From a virus, in IMG/VR virus record IMGVR_UViG_3300033153_013649, positions 95,838-159,837 of that record: 64,000 bases of DNA; one strand, given 5' to 3'. The notes under the pieces are model-generated. The model was not told the DNA's origin and searched no databases. It saw only the letters and a list, made by a program, of their open reading frames with translations. The position numbers and the translations under genes were made by a program. Each line of letters begins with the position of its first letter. The first letter of the stretch is position 1. Positions 54,816-64,000 of the stretch are shown here, piece after piece.

Positions 54816-56533
54816 TGGCAAAAGAATTAATTGAACGACAACAAGAAAGAAATATACAATTAGCTCAGGATCGATCACTGAAAAATATTGTGATTCAGAA
54901 TACAGAACTTTTAAAATTACGAAAAGAACAAAAAAATAGATCCGAAAAAGCAGATAAAGAATCAGCAAAGAAATTAAAAGATTTGTTTCAGAGAAAAGCA
55001 GAGGGAGAATCGGGGGTTTTAAAAAAGATGTTTGGGGAAGCTTTAGATAAAAATAGAAAATCTAGAGAAAAAAAAGACGTCGCAAGACAAAAACAATTAG
55101 TTAAAGAAATGTTAATTTCTAAAGGAGAAGATAGAAAATTAGCATTTAAACAATTACAAATTCTTCTTCAAAAACAAAAAAAAGAAAAAGATACTTTGAG
55201 GTCTTTTTTAGCTGGTAAATTAAAAGGAACAGAAGAAAGATCTGCATCACAACTAATATTTTCTAAATTTTCAAATCTTATAGGAAGACAACAAGGAGTA
55301 TTAAAAAAGGAAGCAATTTCTATATTTAACGAACAAAAAGATATTGTCCAGGCAGGAATCGAAAAATCAGAAGAAAGAGAGAAATTTGCAGAGGAAAAAA
55401 AAGAAAGAAGAAATATAGAACTTGCGGCAGAAATTAATACAAGCACAATTAAAGATGATAAGATAAGAGAAGAATCTAATAAACATCTCGGCCTTCTTGT
55501 TAAAGAAAATGTTTCTATTAATCATTTTTTAAGTGAATCTCAAAAATATCAACTTAGAAATGAAAAAGAATCTGATAGAGAACATAAAGAAGAAATTGCT
55601 AAATTAGAAGGAATTCGTCATGATTTAGGAATCATATCTCAATTAAAGCAATCAAGAGAAACGGGATGGGCAGGTAGTATACAAAGAGGAGAAGGAGAGG
55701 GAAGAGGAGGAGGAAATTTATTTACTACGGGCGCAAGTCTCCTTTATATAGGAGGAAAATTAAAAAGAATCTGGAAATATTTATTTAAAGATAAAAGCCT
55801 TTTCGGAAAAATCGGAGAAAAAATCGGAGGGGGAAAAGAATTAATAGGAAAAGGATTCAAAGGGGCTAAAAGCCTTTTCGGAAAAATCGGAGAAAAAATC
55901 GGGATAAAAGAATTAGCAAAAGTAGGACCTAAAGGAACTAAAGGCCTTTTCGGAAAAATCGGAGAAAAGCTCGGAATAAAATTACTTCTTAAAGGCGGTA
56001 CAAAATCAGCTCTTAAAAAAATTCCATTAATCGGATTAGCAGCAGGAATAGGATTTGGAATTGAGAGATTACTTTCTTCAAAGGATTCCCTCGGAGCGGC
56101 AGGAGAAGCTGTATCAGGACTTGCAAGTACTATACCCTTTGTAGGTACTGCAATAAGTTCTCTTCTCGATGCAGAACTAATATATAGAGATATACTCGAA
56201 GAACGTATAAAAAAATTCGAAAAAGGTGTTTCTTATAAGATTAACGAGTTAGGAGAATTAGAAGAAATTAAACCAAAAACTATTCCAACTAGAGAATCCG
56301 CGACTAAAAAAATGCAAAGAAAAAATAAAGAGGCTGAAGATATTGTCCTCAATGAAATAAGAAATATAACAAATAATAGAGAAGCTCTAATGACTCAACC
56401 TGTTTATGTAACGAATAATAATTCTATTCTTCAATCTGCTCCTCCTCCTCCAGTAACTCAACCGATAGTTTCTTCTAAGAATTTTACAGAAGAACATATA
56501 ATTCTTAAATTAGTAGAAAGAGGGGTATTATAA
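54815..56533 (+). CDS. Tape-measure/gp29-like protein
   Basis: Coiled-coil N-terminus, Gly/Lys repeats, LKKIPLIGL..G; lies between gp26/gp51 and gp48. Confidence 0.6.
   Translation: MAKELIERQQERNIQLAQDRSLKNIVIQNTELLKLRKEQKNRSEKADKESAKKLKDLFQRKAEGESGVLKKMFGEALDKNRKSREKKDVARQKQLVKEMLISKGEDRKLAFKQLQILLQKQKKEKDTLRSFLAGKLKGTEERSASQLIFSKFSNLIGRQQGVLKKEAISIFNEQKDIVQAGIEKSEEREKFAEEKKERRNIELAAEINTSTIKDDKIREESNKHLGLLVKENVSINHFLSESQKYQLRNEKESDREHKEEIAKLEGIRHDLGIISQLKQSRETGWAGSIQRGEGEGRGGGNLFTTGASLLYIGGKLKRIWKYLFKDKSLFGKIGEKIGGGKELIGKGFKGAKSLFGKIGEKIGIKELAKVGPKGTKGLFGKIGEKLGIKLLLKGGTKSALKKIPLIGLAAGIGFGIERLLSSKDSLGAAGEAVSGLASTIPFVGTAISSLLDAELIYRDILEERIKKFEKGVSYKINELGELEEIKPKTIPTRESATKKMQRKNKEAEDIVLNEIRNITNNREALMTQPVYVTNNNSILQSAPPPPVTQPIVSSKNFTEEHIILKLVERGVL
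55793..55978 (+). repeat. Three imperfect copies of GCCTTTTCGGAAAAATCGGAGAAAA (LFGKIGEK)
   Basis: Seen directly in DNA and protein. Confidence 0.9.
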
Positions 56534-56534
56534 T

Positions 56535-57308
56535 ATGCCTACTTACCGATATCCTTCAAAATCATCGATAACTACTAATTATCGAATGATTCTTTTTGAA
56601 GAAATATCTTTTAAAAATTCTCTAGAATTAGATGACGTTTCAGGAGCAAGAAGGATATCTAATGATCTTTTTATTAAAAATCACATATATTTAGAGATGC
56701 CTTCTTCTATAGATATTTCTGAATCTCATTCTTGGGAACAGCAAGATATATTAGCAGGATCTATGGGAAAAATAGCAGCTGAATCAGCAAGAGATTGGGC
56801 AGTAGGTCTTGCACAAGGTATTTCAAATCTAATGCCAGGAGATAATACTGGAACTAATATATTAAATAAAGCAACTGGATCAGCAGCTTTAAGTAGAGGG
56901 GTTAATTATTTAGCAAATCCTCATAAAGCAATAATTTATTCCGGAACAGCACAGAGAGATATATTATTTGAAATACCTTTTTATGCAGAAAATATATCAG
57001 AAGCAAAAGAAATAATTAAGATTATTAATATTTTTAAAGAAGGATCAAGAGGGAAAATGACAGAAAGTGTAGGCATTAAAAGTCCTGATGTTTGGCATAT
57101 TAAAGTACCTATATTAGAAGAAAGAGGAAACGAAGTAATCCAAGAACTCGCAGATTTAGGAACTATTCCGTTCGCTTTAGTAAGTATAAATCTATCTATT
57201 AATTCTAAAATTTTGTATCATCAAAAATATCCTGTACATGTACAAGGAACTTTACGTTTCCAAGAAATTGCTCCTAGATATGCAGGGGTACAGGATTATA
57301 ATTTATAA
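56535..57308 (+). CDS. gp48: Baseplate tail tube cap, gp48-like
   Basis: YRYP, IYL.MP..I...SH.W, NP....Y.G...R...F, EA.EI.KII..FK, L.FQEI. Confidence 0.7.
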   Translation: MPTYRYPSKSSITTNYRMILFEEISFKNSLELDDVSGARRISNDLFIKNHIYLEMPSSIDISESHSWEQQDILAGSMGKIAAESARDWAVGLAQGISNLMPGDNTGTNILNKATGSAALSRGVNYLANPHKAIIYSGTAQRDILFEIPFYAENISEAKEIIKIINIFKEGSRGKMTESVGIKSPDVWHIKVPILEERGNEVIQELADLGTIPFALVSINLSINSKILYHQKYPVHVQGTLRFQEIAPRYAGVQDYNL

Positions 57309-57332
57309 ATAAATAAAAAAGGATAATAACTT

Positions 57333-59180
57333 GTGGATCTTTTTAATTGGTTAAAAAGAAACAAAGAAGACGATTTTAAATCAGATGCAGAAAGAGATAT
57401 ATCTAATGTTGGTGTTGATACTAAAGATATATCCTATGATTTAGCTGCATCTGCTAATGATTACATACCAAATATAGTTGGAACTCATTCTTCAGGAGTA
57501 TTTACTGGAGCATTTGGAGGATTATATTTAAGTCAAACTAAAAATACTTTTCCTCTTTATGCTATGCATGCTCTTGTAAAATCATATCAATGGATGGCTC
57601 AAGATCCAGATATAAATTTTGCAATCGATGAAATTATTAATGAAATGACCGTAACAGATGATAAAGATGAAATATTAGATTTAAATCTAGATAAACTCGA
57701 TTTTCAAGATAATATTAAAGAAAAAATGTTAGAAGAATTTAAAGTTATAATAAATCTTTTAGATTTTAATAATACAGCACATATTCAACTTCATAATTTT
57801 TTCGTAAACGGTAGGGTATTTTATAAAATAGATGTTAATAAAAAACGAATAGAAGAAGGTATTAAAGAAATAAAAAATATTTCCCCTTTTGATGTAGTTG
57901 CTTATTTTGACGGAGAAGGTGTAGCTAGTGTTACGGGTACAAAAAAACCAATTAATACTAAAGGAGAGCCAATTAGTTTTCAAGAAGGATATATAATTAC
58001 AGAAAATGCTTTTAGAAGTATTTATAATCTAGGTCTTACTTCTACTGCATTTGTACATCAAAAGGAATCACAAAAATTTACTAAAGAATATTTTGCTATC
58101 CCTAAAGAGCTAATGATATATCAACATTCCGGTCTTATTGATTGGAGATACAACGTTCCAATTTCTCATTTACAACTTGTCTTAAAAACTTTAAATCAGC
58201 TTAGATTACTTCGAGATGCAATGATTATTTATCGCCTTACTCGAGCACCCGAACGCTTTTTATTCAACGTTGAAGTTGGAAAAATGCCACCTACTAAAGC
58301 TCAGGAATATGTCGAAAAAGTATCTCATGCCTTAAAACAAAATATTGTTTATGATCCAGAACTTGGAACTTTTAAAGACGAATCTGATAAATTATCAATT
58401 TATAAAGATTGGTTTTTCCCTCAACAAGATGGAAAAGGAACTTCTGTAGAAACTATTCAATCTAATAACATGACAGAACAGCTAGAAGAAGTTCAAGAAT
58501 TACAGAGAACTTTATATCGTCAACTTAAGATTCCCTTTCAAAGATTTTTACAAGAAGATGGAGTAAGAATATTTTCTAACGAAGGAGAAATTGAATATTC
58601 AGAAATAAAATTTTACAAATACATAAAGAAACTTCAGATTCAATTCAACTTTGTAATCAAAGAGTTGTTCAAAAAACAATTAGTAATGAAAAAAATTATT
58701 GATGCTGATACTTTTGATAAAATAAAGAACGATATTAAAGTACTTTGGGGATCTGAAAATATATATCAAAAAACAAAAGAAATTGGAATTCTTCGTAGAA
58801 AAATTGCTCTTCTAAGTGAAATTCAGGAACATGTTGGAAGATATGGTATTAGCGAAGAATGGATAATAAAATATATTATGAGATTTAATGCAGAAGAAAT
58901 TAAAGAAGCAGAAAAAATTATTATTGATGAACTTAAAAAAGAAAATTATAAACAACAAATTCGAGATGGAGATATAAAATTCAACGAAAACGGAGAAGAG
59001 ATGGTCGAAGATGACGAGACAGGTGAAATGATAACCAAAAAGGAAAGAGAAAAACGGAATAAAGAAAAAGCAGCAGCAGAAGAAAAACCAGAAGAAGAGG
59101 AAGAACCGGAAGAAGAGGAAGAGGAAGAAGGGGAAGAGGAAGAAGAGGAGGAAGAACCAGAAGAAAAGAAAGAAGGTTAA
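57333..59180 (+). CDS. gp20: Portal protein (T4 gp20-like) with acidic C-terminal tail
   Basis: AIDEIINE, NQLRLLRDAMIIYRLTRAPER..F.VEVG.MP..KA.EY, LKIP..R, E.KF.K.I. Confidence 0.95.
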   Translation: MDLFNWLKRNKEDDFKSDAERDISNVGVDTKDISYDLAASANDYIPNIVGTHSSGVFTGAFGGLYLSQTKNTFPLYAMHALVKSYQWMAQDPDINFAIDEIINEMTVTDDKDEILDLNLDKLDFQDNIKEKMLEEFKVIINLLDFNNTAHIQLHNFFVNGRVFYKIDVNKKRIEEGIKEIKNISPFDVVAYFDGEGVASVTGTKKPINTKGEPISFQEGYIITENAFRSIYNLGLTSTAFVHQKESQKFTKEYFAIPKELMIYQHSGLIDWRYNVPISHLQLVLKTLNQLRLLRDAMIIYRLTRAPERFLFNVEVGKMPPTKAQEYVEKVSHALKQNIVYDPELGTFKDESDKLSIYKDWFFPQQDGKGTSVETIQSNNMTEQLEEVQELQRTLYRQLKIPFQRFLQEDGVRIFSNEGEIEYSEIKFYKYIKKLQIQFNFVIKELFKKQLVMKKIIDADTFDKIKNDIKVLWGSENIYQKTKEIGILRRKIALLSEIQEHVGRYGISEEWIIKYIMRFNAEEIKEAEKIIIDELKKENYKQQIRDGDIKFNENGEEMVEDDETGEMITKKEREKRNKEKAAAEEKPEEEEEPEEEEEEEGEEEEEEEEPEEKKEG

Positions 59181-59462
59181 ATGAAAACAACACTTAAAAT
59201 ATTACTAATTATAGGATTTTTATTAACTTCGATTAATATTCATCCAGCAAATACCGGACCAGATCTAGATTCTCTAATCAGAAAATCTGAAGCTAAGACG
59301 AGATATATTTGTAATTTTGAAGGAGCAAAAGTATATATTGCTTATAAAGAAGTTTCACCTGATATTTTATTGAGAATAATTGCTAAAGAATATCCTTCAA
59401 AAAGCAAAGGACAATCTGAAATAGTTAAAATAGATACAATTAAATATGTAAAAGTAAAATGA
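59181..59462 (+). CDS. Signal-peptide-bearing hypothetical protein
   Basis: Hydrophobic N-terminus. Confidence 0.55.
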   Translation: MKTTLKILLIIGFLLTSINIHPANTGPDLDSLIRKSEAKTRYICNFEGAKVYIAYKEVSPDILLRIIAKEYPSKSKGQSEIVKIDTIKYVKVK

Positions 59463-59809
59463 AATTATTAGATAAATATTTAATAGCTGGATTAGTATTT
59501 TTTATGCTAACAACCTTTTATTTAATTTCTAAGCCAACTGAAATTGAACAGGTTCCCGGTGCTCCTATAGTTACGATAGAAGAAGATAATATTGATTATA
59601 GTTACTTAGTAAAAGAGAAAACAGATCCAATTTCTAAAAAAACCGGATTAGTATTTTATAGAAGAGAAAAATCAATATTAGAAAAAGAGGTTATAGGAAA
59701 TATTACCACTAAAGATGGTGGATTAATCGGATTTATATTAACAACAATATTATTATTAGCAAAAGAAAAAATTGTAATTACATTAAAGAAATTATTTTCG
59801 GGAGATTAA
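59459..59809 (+). CDS. Two-TM membrane protein
   Basis: N- and C-terminal hydrophobic helices. Confidence 0.55.
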   Translation: MKLLDKYLIAGLVFFMLTTFYLISKPTEIEQVPGAPIVTIEEDNIDYSYLVKEKTDPISKKTGLVFYRREKSILEKEVIGNITTKDGGLIGFILTTILLLAKEKIVITLKKLFSGD

Positions 59810-59810
59810 T

Positions 59811-59972
59811 GTGACTAAATATCATCAAGCGATAAATGAGAAAAGAGGATTAAAATTGATCGACAAGATATTTGCTGGATTAGAAACAATTCCAGAATTT
59901 AAAAATCTTTCTATGGATAAACAAGGAGAAATTTCTATTGCTGTAGAAAAAATGATAAAAGGTAAAATTTAA
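59811..59972 (+). CDS. 53-aa peptide with CTS-like leader (not in ORF track)
   Basis: GGAG RBS, GTG start, MTKYHQAINE. Confidence 0.5.
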   Translation: MTKYHQAINEKRGLKLIDKIFAGLETIPEFKNLSMDKQGEISIAVEKMIKGKI

Positions 59973-59987
59973 AAAAGGAAAATTGAA

Positions 59988-60335
59988 ATGTCAAATAATA
60001 ATTATGTTAAAAGAGTAGGGGAAAAGATAGCTGCTGCTCTCATTAATAATTATAAAAAAGAAGATTCTTCTACTTTATTAAATGAAAAATCATCTTCTAA
60101 GAAAAAATCAACAGTTGAAGAATTTAGAGAAGAAATTTCATCCGCAGAAAGTGAAATAACTTATATTAGAAAAGAATTGATTAAATTAGAAAAATTCTTG
60201 GGAAAGATTTCTAAAAATGCAACTTCAAACGATTTAAATGAAATCATTAAAACCTTTAAAGATATTAAACATAATGGAGAATTCCTCGTTGAAATTGGCA
60301 AAATTGGAATGTCTTTAGATGTAGAAACGAAATAA
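59988..60335 (+). CDS. Coiled-coil hypothetical protein, probably prohead-associated
   Basis: Contains LLNE; head-gene context. Confidence 0.55.
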   Translation: MSNNNYVKRVGEKIAAALINNYKKEDSSTLLNEKSSSKKKSTVEEFREEISSAESEITYIRKELIKLEKFLGKISKNATSNDLNEIIKTFKDIKHNGEFLVEIGKIGMSLDVETK

Positions 60336-60349
60336 AAAAGGAAATTTTA

Positions 60350-60775
60350 ATGATAAGGTTTAAAGAATTATTCAAGAAAAAAATGATAGAAGAAGGGGAG
60401 GAAAGCGTTTCTTCTTACAGCTCTTCTGGAGCAGAAAATACGGATATAGCGAGAGCTCCCGCGCGTATCGGTAAAAAGAAGAAAAAGATTTTAAAAAAAG
60501 AAATTCCGAGTGTATCTGAAAAACTATTCGATCAATCATTACTTCCAACTGGATATGTTTTTGTAGGAAAATCTGATAAAGAAGTTTCTGTCCGAACATT
60601 AAAATATCCCGGTTTGGATATTTTTATCCAATATGATAAAAATGATAATATTACTTTTTTTAGAGTATATGATTGGGAAAAAGAAGAAACAAACCTATTT
60701 TTATATAAAAACGGAAAAGTAAAGGAATCTAAAGGTAAAGGAAGATTGATTGCTAAAGATTTTGGATTAATTTAA
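60350..60775 (+). CDS. Putative internal protein with CTS-like leader
   Basis: MIRFKELF...MIEE. Confidence 0.6.
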   Translation: MIRFKELFKKKMIEEGEESVSSYSSSGAENTDIARAPARIGKKKKKILKKEIPSVSEKLFDQSLLPTGYVFVGKSDKEVSVRTLKYPGLDIFIQYDKNDNITFFRVYDWEKEETNLFLYKNGKVKESKGKGRLIAKDFGLI

Positions 60776-60778
60776 TAT

Positions 60779-61240
60779 ATGGGAAAACTTAAAGCTCCAC
60801 GAAATAAAAGAAATAAAAGAATTAAACAAGGACAATATATTTGTAAAAATCCTCAAAAATACGCAGGAGATCCAACGACAATTAGATATATGTCAAGTTT
60901 GGAATTATCTTTTATGAAATATTTAGATAATTATCCAAATATTTTAAAATGGGGGTCAGAAACAATAATAATACCTTATTTTGATAAATCTAGCAATAAA
61001 AAAAGAAATTACTACGTTGATATTTATGTAGAATATTTAGGAACAGATAACGAAAAACATAAGGCTCTTATAGAAATAAAACCTTCGTCTCAATGTAAAA
61101 AGCCGAAGATAAAAACAAAAACTTATAACCAACGCATGAAACTTTGGATACAAAATCAATCTAAATGGCAAGCAGCAAAAAATTGGGCGGAAAATAGAGA
61201 GATGAGATTTTTTCTTTTAACAGAAAAGGATATTCGTTAG
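60779..61240 (+). CDS. gp4: Head completion nuclease, gp4-like (TnsA-N fold)
   Basis: KNPQKY.GD...I.Y.SS.E, W.SE...IPY, YYVD, LIEIKP, NQ.KW.AA, LTEKD. Confidence 0.92.
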   Translation: MGKLKAPRNKRNKRIKQGQYICKNPQKYAGDPTTIRYMSSLELSFMKYLDNYPNILKWGSETIIIPYFDKSSNKKRNYYVDIYVEYLGTDNEKHKALIEIKPSSQCKKPKIKTKTYNQRMKLWIQNQSKWQAAKNWAENREMRFFLLTEKDIR

Positions 61241-61300
61241 TTGGCATAAGTGGATTAAGGTTTTCTAAAGTTATTAAAAAAGATACTATAAACAAAGTAA

Positions 61301-62179
61301 ATGAAAAGATTTAAACAAATATATTTAGATCCTATATTAGAACTAAGTGAAAAATCAACAGTCTATCATAGAAATACAGCCAATTTAAAAATTGGTTCAA
61401 TAATGACTGCAGCTAAAGCTAAAAAAGGTGGAAAGCATTGGTTAGCTAGAAGAGAAGATGAACAATTAATAGAAGATATAAGAAGGAAATATTATAAAAA
61501 TAAACCGTCTAGATTCGATTGTATATACTCATCTGTAATTCCAAAAGCTAGATTCATGTCAAAAGGAGCTTTATATGAATTGAAACCTCTTGGAAAAATG
61601 CACATGACTAATTCAAAAATAATCGATGATATGAGTACTCTTAAGGATCTTGATGATAAAATTGCTGCAGCTCACAAATATTGGAATCCTAGTAGCGATT
61701 TTTTAACAAAAAGAAATATAATTGATATTGAAGTGTTATCAGATAAAGCGTTAGTTTTAAGAAAAGTTGATGATGAATGGAATAATGGAGATAGAGTAAG
61801 ATTAAAAACAGAGTGTACAGTTATTTGGTACGCGTACGGTCTCGATGATAATACAAAGTTATCTGATGAAGAAATAGAACAAATATTAAAACACAAGAGT
61901 ATTAAATCCTATGAAGAAGAACAAGGTATATCCGCTAGATATAAAGTAACATTTAAAAAAGGCACTAAAGGAGAAATATCAAGAGTCAAATATACAGATA
62001 AAGAAAGAAGAAGTCCTGATTCTGGTCCTAGGAAGTATCTTGTAAGATTTGATCAATTAGATTTAAGAATAGATGGAATAAAAAATACTAATTTTAGTTT
62101 TCATCCTTTTTATGTTACAGCAAAAGGGCAAAAACCAGAACAATCTCAGAGAGTAGAGTATTTTCTTGAAAAGATTTAA
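61301..62179 (+). CDS. CTS-like leader plus possible ADP-ribosyltransferase-fold domain
   Basis: MKRFKQIY..PILE; VYH, E..RR.YY..KPSR..CIY, YW, EVL. Confidence 0.5.
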   Translation: MKRFKQIYLDPILELSEKSTVYHRNTANLKIGSIMTAAKAKKGGKHWLARREDEQLIEDIRRKYYKNKPSRFDCIYSSVIPKARFMSKGALYELKPLGKMHMTNSKIIDDMSTLKDLDDKIAAAHKYWNPSSDFLTKRNIIDIEVLSDKALVLRKVDDEWNNGDRVRLKTECTVIWYAYGLDDNTKLSDEEIEQILKHKSIKSYEEEQGISARYKVTFKKGTKGEISRVKYTDKERRSPDSGPRKYLVRFDQLDLRIDGIKNTNFSFHPFYVTAKGQKPEQSQRVEYFLEKI

Positions 62180-62268
62180 AATCTAGATATAGAAAAGAAA
62201 AATTAAACTAGATTAAAGAGAAAATGAGTTTATCAACTACGAACCTGAAATATAAAAAAGGAAAAAAT

Positions 62269-62685
62269 ATGAAAAAAATATGGACAATCTTAATAATCGG
62301 TTTATGCTCTTCTTTTCTCTGTAGTTGTGCAAATGGAATATACACAAAAATATATCCAAGATCTTATGTTGTTCCAGTAAGAATCAAAGTTGGTCCTTCT
62401 TATCCTTATTATTATTCCTATTATCCTTATTGGAATTTAAATTATTGGCCACCTACAATTTATAGAAGAAGTTTTTATCCTTTGATATGGAATCCCGTTT
62501 ATACAAGAGAGATTAGATCAATAGAAGAGAAGAAAAGAACTTTTTCTAGAAGTAAAAGTAATAGAAGTTCTATATTCAGATCAGAACCTTCAAAAAGTTC
62601 TAGTTTAAGAGGTATTTCAATTAAAAGAAGAATCATTAAACGAAAAAACAACAGTAAATCTAGGAGATTATCATCGCAATTATAA
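62269..62685 (+). CDS. Putative lipoprotein with Tyr/Pro-rich middle and Arg/Ser-rich tail
   Basis: MKKIWTILIIGL...LCSC lipobox-like sequence. Confidence 0.55.
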   Translation: MKKIWTILIIGLCSSFLCSCANGIYTKIYPRSYVVPVRIKVGPSYPYYYSYYPYWNLNYWPPTIYRRSFYPLIWNPVYTREIRSIEEKKRTFSRSKSNRSSIFRSEPSKSSSLRGISIKRRIIKRKNNSKSRRLSSQL

Positions 62686-63884
62686 ACAATAAAATTGATA
62701 ATCCTTTTATCATTTCAAATATTTCAATTGAAGGATTAGATATAGAAGAAGATTTTATAGTATTTAGATTTGAAGAAAGTTTATTTAATCCTTTTATTGT
62801 AGGAACAATTGATTTAAATAGGAAAATGATAGATAATCTAGAATCGTGGAATAAAAAAGAACTCGGTTTTATTAATAGAATTTTATCATTTGAATGGGGA
62901 ACAAATTTAGAAAATAAAGAAGAGTCAAAAAAAATAGATTTTTTAATTTATACTATAATCGAAAAGAATTCTAGATATATAAGTCTAGGATTAATTCAAA
63001 AAGATGCAATAGATTGTTTTACTAAAGAATTTTGTGACGGTTGGGAAAATAAATTAATAAGTCAAATAATTAATGATATTTTACAAAAACACGCGAACAT
63101 TAAAGCTGATATAATTGAATCAAAAACAAAGCTTTCTTTTACTAACCCTCTAAACTGGACTCCTATAAGAGCACTTTTATATTTGATGCCGATGTTTACT
63201 TCTAAAAAAGGGGATAACTGTTGTTTCTTTTATTCAACTTCGAATAACGAATGGTTTATTAAATCATTAAATACCTTTTTGGAAAAAGAAAATCCTGATC
63301 CAGAAACATTTATTAAACAAGTACCCGATCAATCAAAAGAATCTAAAAGAAAAGGTGAAAGAGTTGCAACGATTTCAAATATAAAAGAATATTATTTTCC
63401 TGCAGAAAACAATAATCTATTAGTTCAATTACAAAATAATACTTTTGGTTTTTCATTAAATGAATATAATATTAAAACAAAAACTTTAAATTCAAATAAT
63501 ATAAATAATAATGTAGAAGATAGTATAAAGTTATTAGGAAGAAATAGTGCACTCGTAGAAAATTTTGATAGTTCTTATAAGAATTGTTTTTATATTTCTG
63601 GAATTAACGGAGAAGAAATTGAAAAAAATACAGCTATATTTGAATATGTAAAAAATAATAAGATTTTTATTATTGTTTGTGGATTTAATCAAAGAGAATT
63701 AGGAGATAAAGTAGTTTTGGATTTATCTTCTAGATTTGATTTATTAGATGATCCAATGCAAGAATATTCAGGAGAAGCTATAATAACAACTATTAAACAT
63801 ATTTTTACTAAAGATTCTTATATACAAAGAATTGAATTATTTAAATCTGGATTAGAAAATTTTGAAGAAAAAATAGCATTATAA
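62673..63884 (+). CDS. Baseplate hub-like (gp27-type) protein; probable ATC start upstream of the annotated ATG
   Basis: Open frame upstream of 62826 contains EESLFNPFIVG; C-terminal LGD.V...YSG..IITTIKH.F. Confidence 0.6.
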   Translation: MAIINNKIDNPFIISNISIEGLDIEEDFIVFRFEESLFNPFIVGTIDLNRKMIDNLESWNKKELGFINRILSFEWGTNLENKEESKKIDFLIYTIIEKNSRYISLGLIQKDAIDCFTKEFCDGWENKLISQIINDILQKHANIKADIIESKTKLSFTNPLNWTPIRALLYLMPMFTSKKGDNCCFFYSTSNNEWFIKSLNTFLEKENPDPETFIKQVPDQSKESKRKGERVATISNIKEYYFPAENNNLLVQLQNNTFGFSLNEYNIKTKTLNSNNINNNVEDSIKLLGRNSALVENFDSSYKNCFYISGINGEEIEKNTAIFEYVKNNKIFIIVCGFNQRELGDKVVLDLSSRFDLLDDPMQEYSGEAIITTIKHIFTKDSYIQRIELFKSGLENFEEKIAL

Positions 63885-63901
63885 AATAAAGGGATCCAAA
63901 C

Positions 63902-64000
63902 ATGAGTAAAGAATTAATACTAAAAATGATACGAGCAGCAAATTCTGAAGATTTTGTTGATTTTAAAGAAAACTTTGATGAAGTAATGATCGATAAAATG
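63902..64000 (+). CDS. Prohead core protein gp67-like (partial)
   Basis: MSKELILKMIRAANSEDFVDFKENFDEVM. Confidence 0.45.
   Translation, partial: MSKELILKMIRAANSEDFVDFKENFDEVMIDKM

Noticed and set aside
55793-55978. CRISPR-like repeat-spacer pattern
   Set aside because: Only three imperfect in-frame coding repeats (LFGKIGEK) inside the tape-measure-like gene; no cas genes or leader
14183-61896. The many short minus-strand and nested ORFs in the track
   Set aside because: Antisense or out-of-frame shadows of long + strand genes with no motifs or RBS; only 50897..51469 is a credible minus-strand gene
1-64000. Stop-codon reassignment or suppressor tRNA
   Set aside because: Conserved genes read through intact in code 11 and TAG/TGA end genes at sensible places; the TAG-anticodon tRNA reads CUA, not a stop

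Overview
AT-rich fragment of a large T4-like (Tevenvirinae-type) myophage genome, with almost every gene on the + strand. From left to right: (1) 0.3-2.6 kb, small head/internal-protein genes that begin with a shared M-[KR]-[YF]-x-E-I-L-x-E leader. (2) 2.9-17.3 kb, a tRNA/ncRNA island with about 13 tRNA genes, several degenerate or rearranged tRNA-like genes and other structured RNAs, interleaved with ParB-like paralogs, a TerD-type protein, an HNH nuclease, glycosyl-, sulfo- and methyltransferases and a lytic transglycosylase. (3) 18-26.5 kb, replication and nucleotide genes: an N-terminal half of PolB, an HD hydrolase, a macro domain, an RNA ligase, a class II ribonucleotide reductase fractured by a split intein and a free-standing endonuclease, and a DNA methylase. 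(4) 26.9-30.8 kb, a more GC-rich secreted beta-helix protein and a holin. (5) 31-35.6 kb, early genes (ClpP-like, ArdC-like). (6) 35.6-44.6 kb, a second block of leader-tagged proteins, several of them enzymes. (7) gp46, NADAR, gp37/68-like and RuvC-like genes. (8) 51.6-64 kb, virion genes (tube-like, gp53, gp26/gp51, gp2, tape-measure-like, gp48, portal gp20, gp4, hub-like). The most striking item is a stand-alone ~180-nt RNA (9632-9810) with its own promoter that reproduces the specificity (S) domain of type-A RNase P RNA but has no catalytic domain. Other notable items are about 24 capsid-targeting-leader genes including a possible virion-packaged enzyme set, a domain-rearranged tRNA-Arg(ACG), and a probable -1 frameshift joining gp26 to gp51. 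All calls come from reading motifs by eye; no database search or folding program was run.
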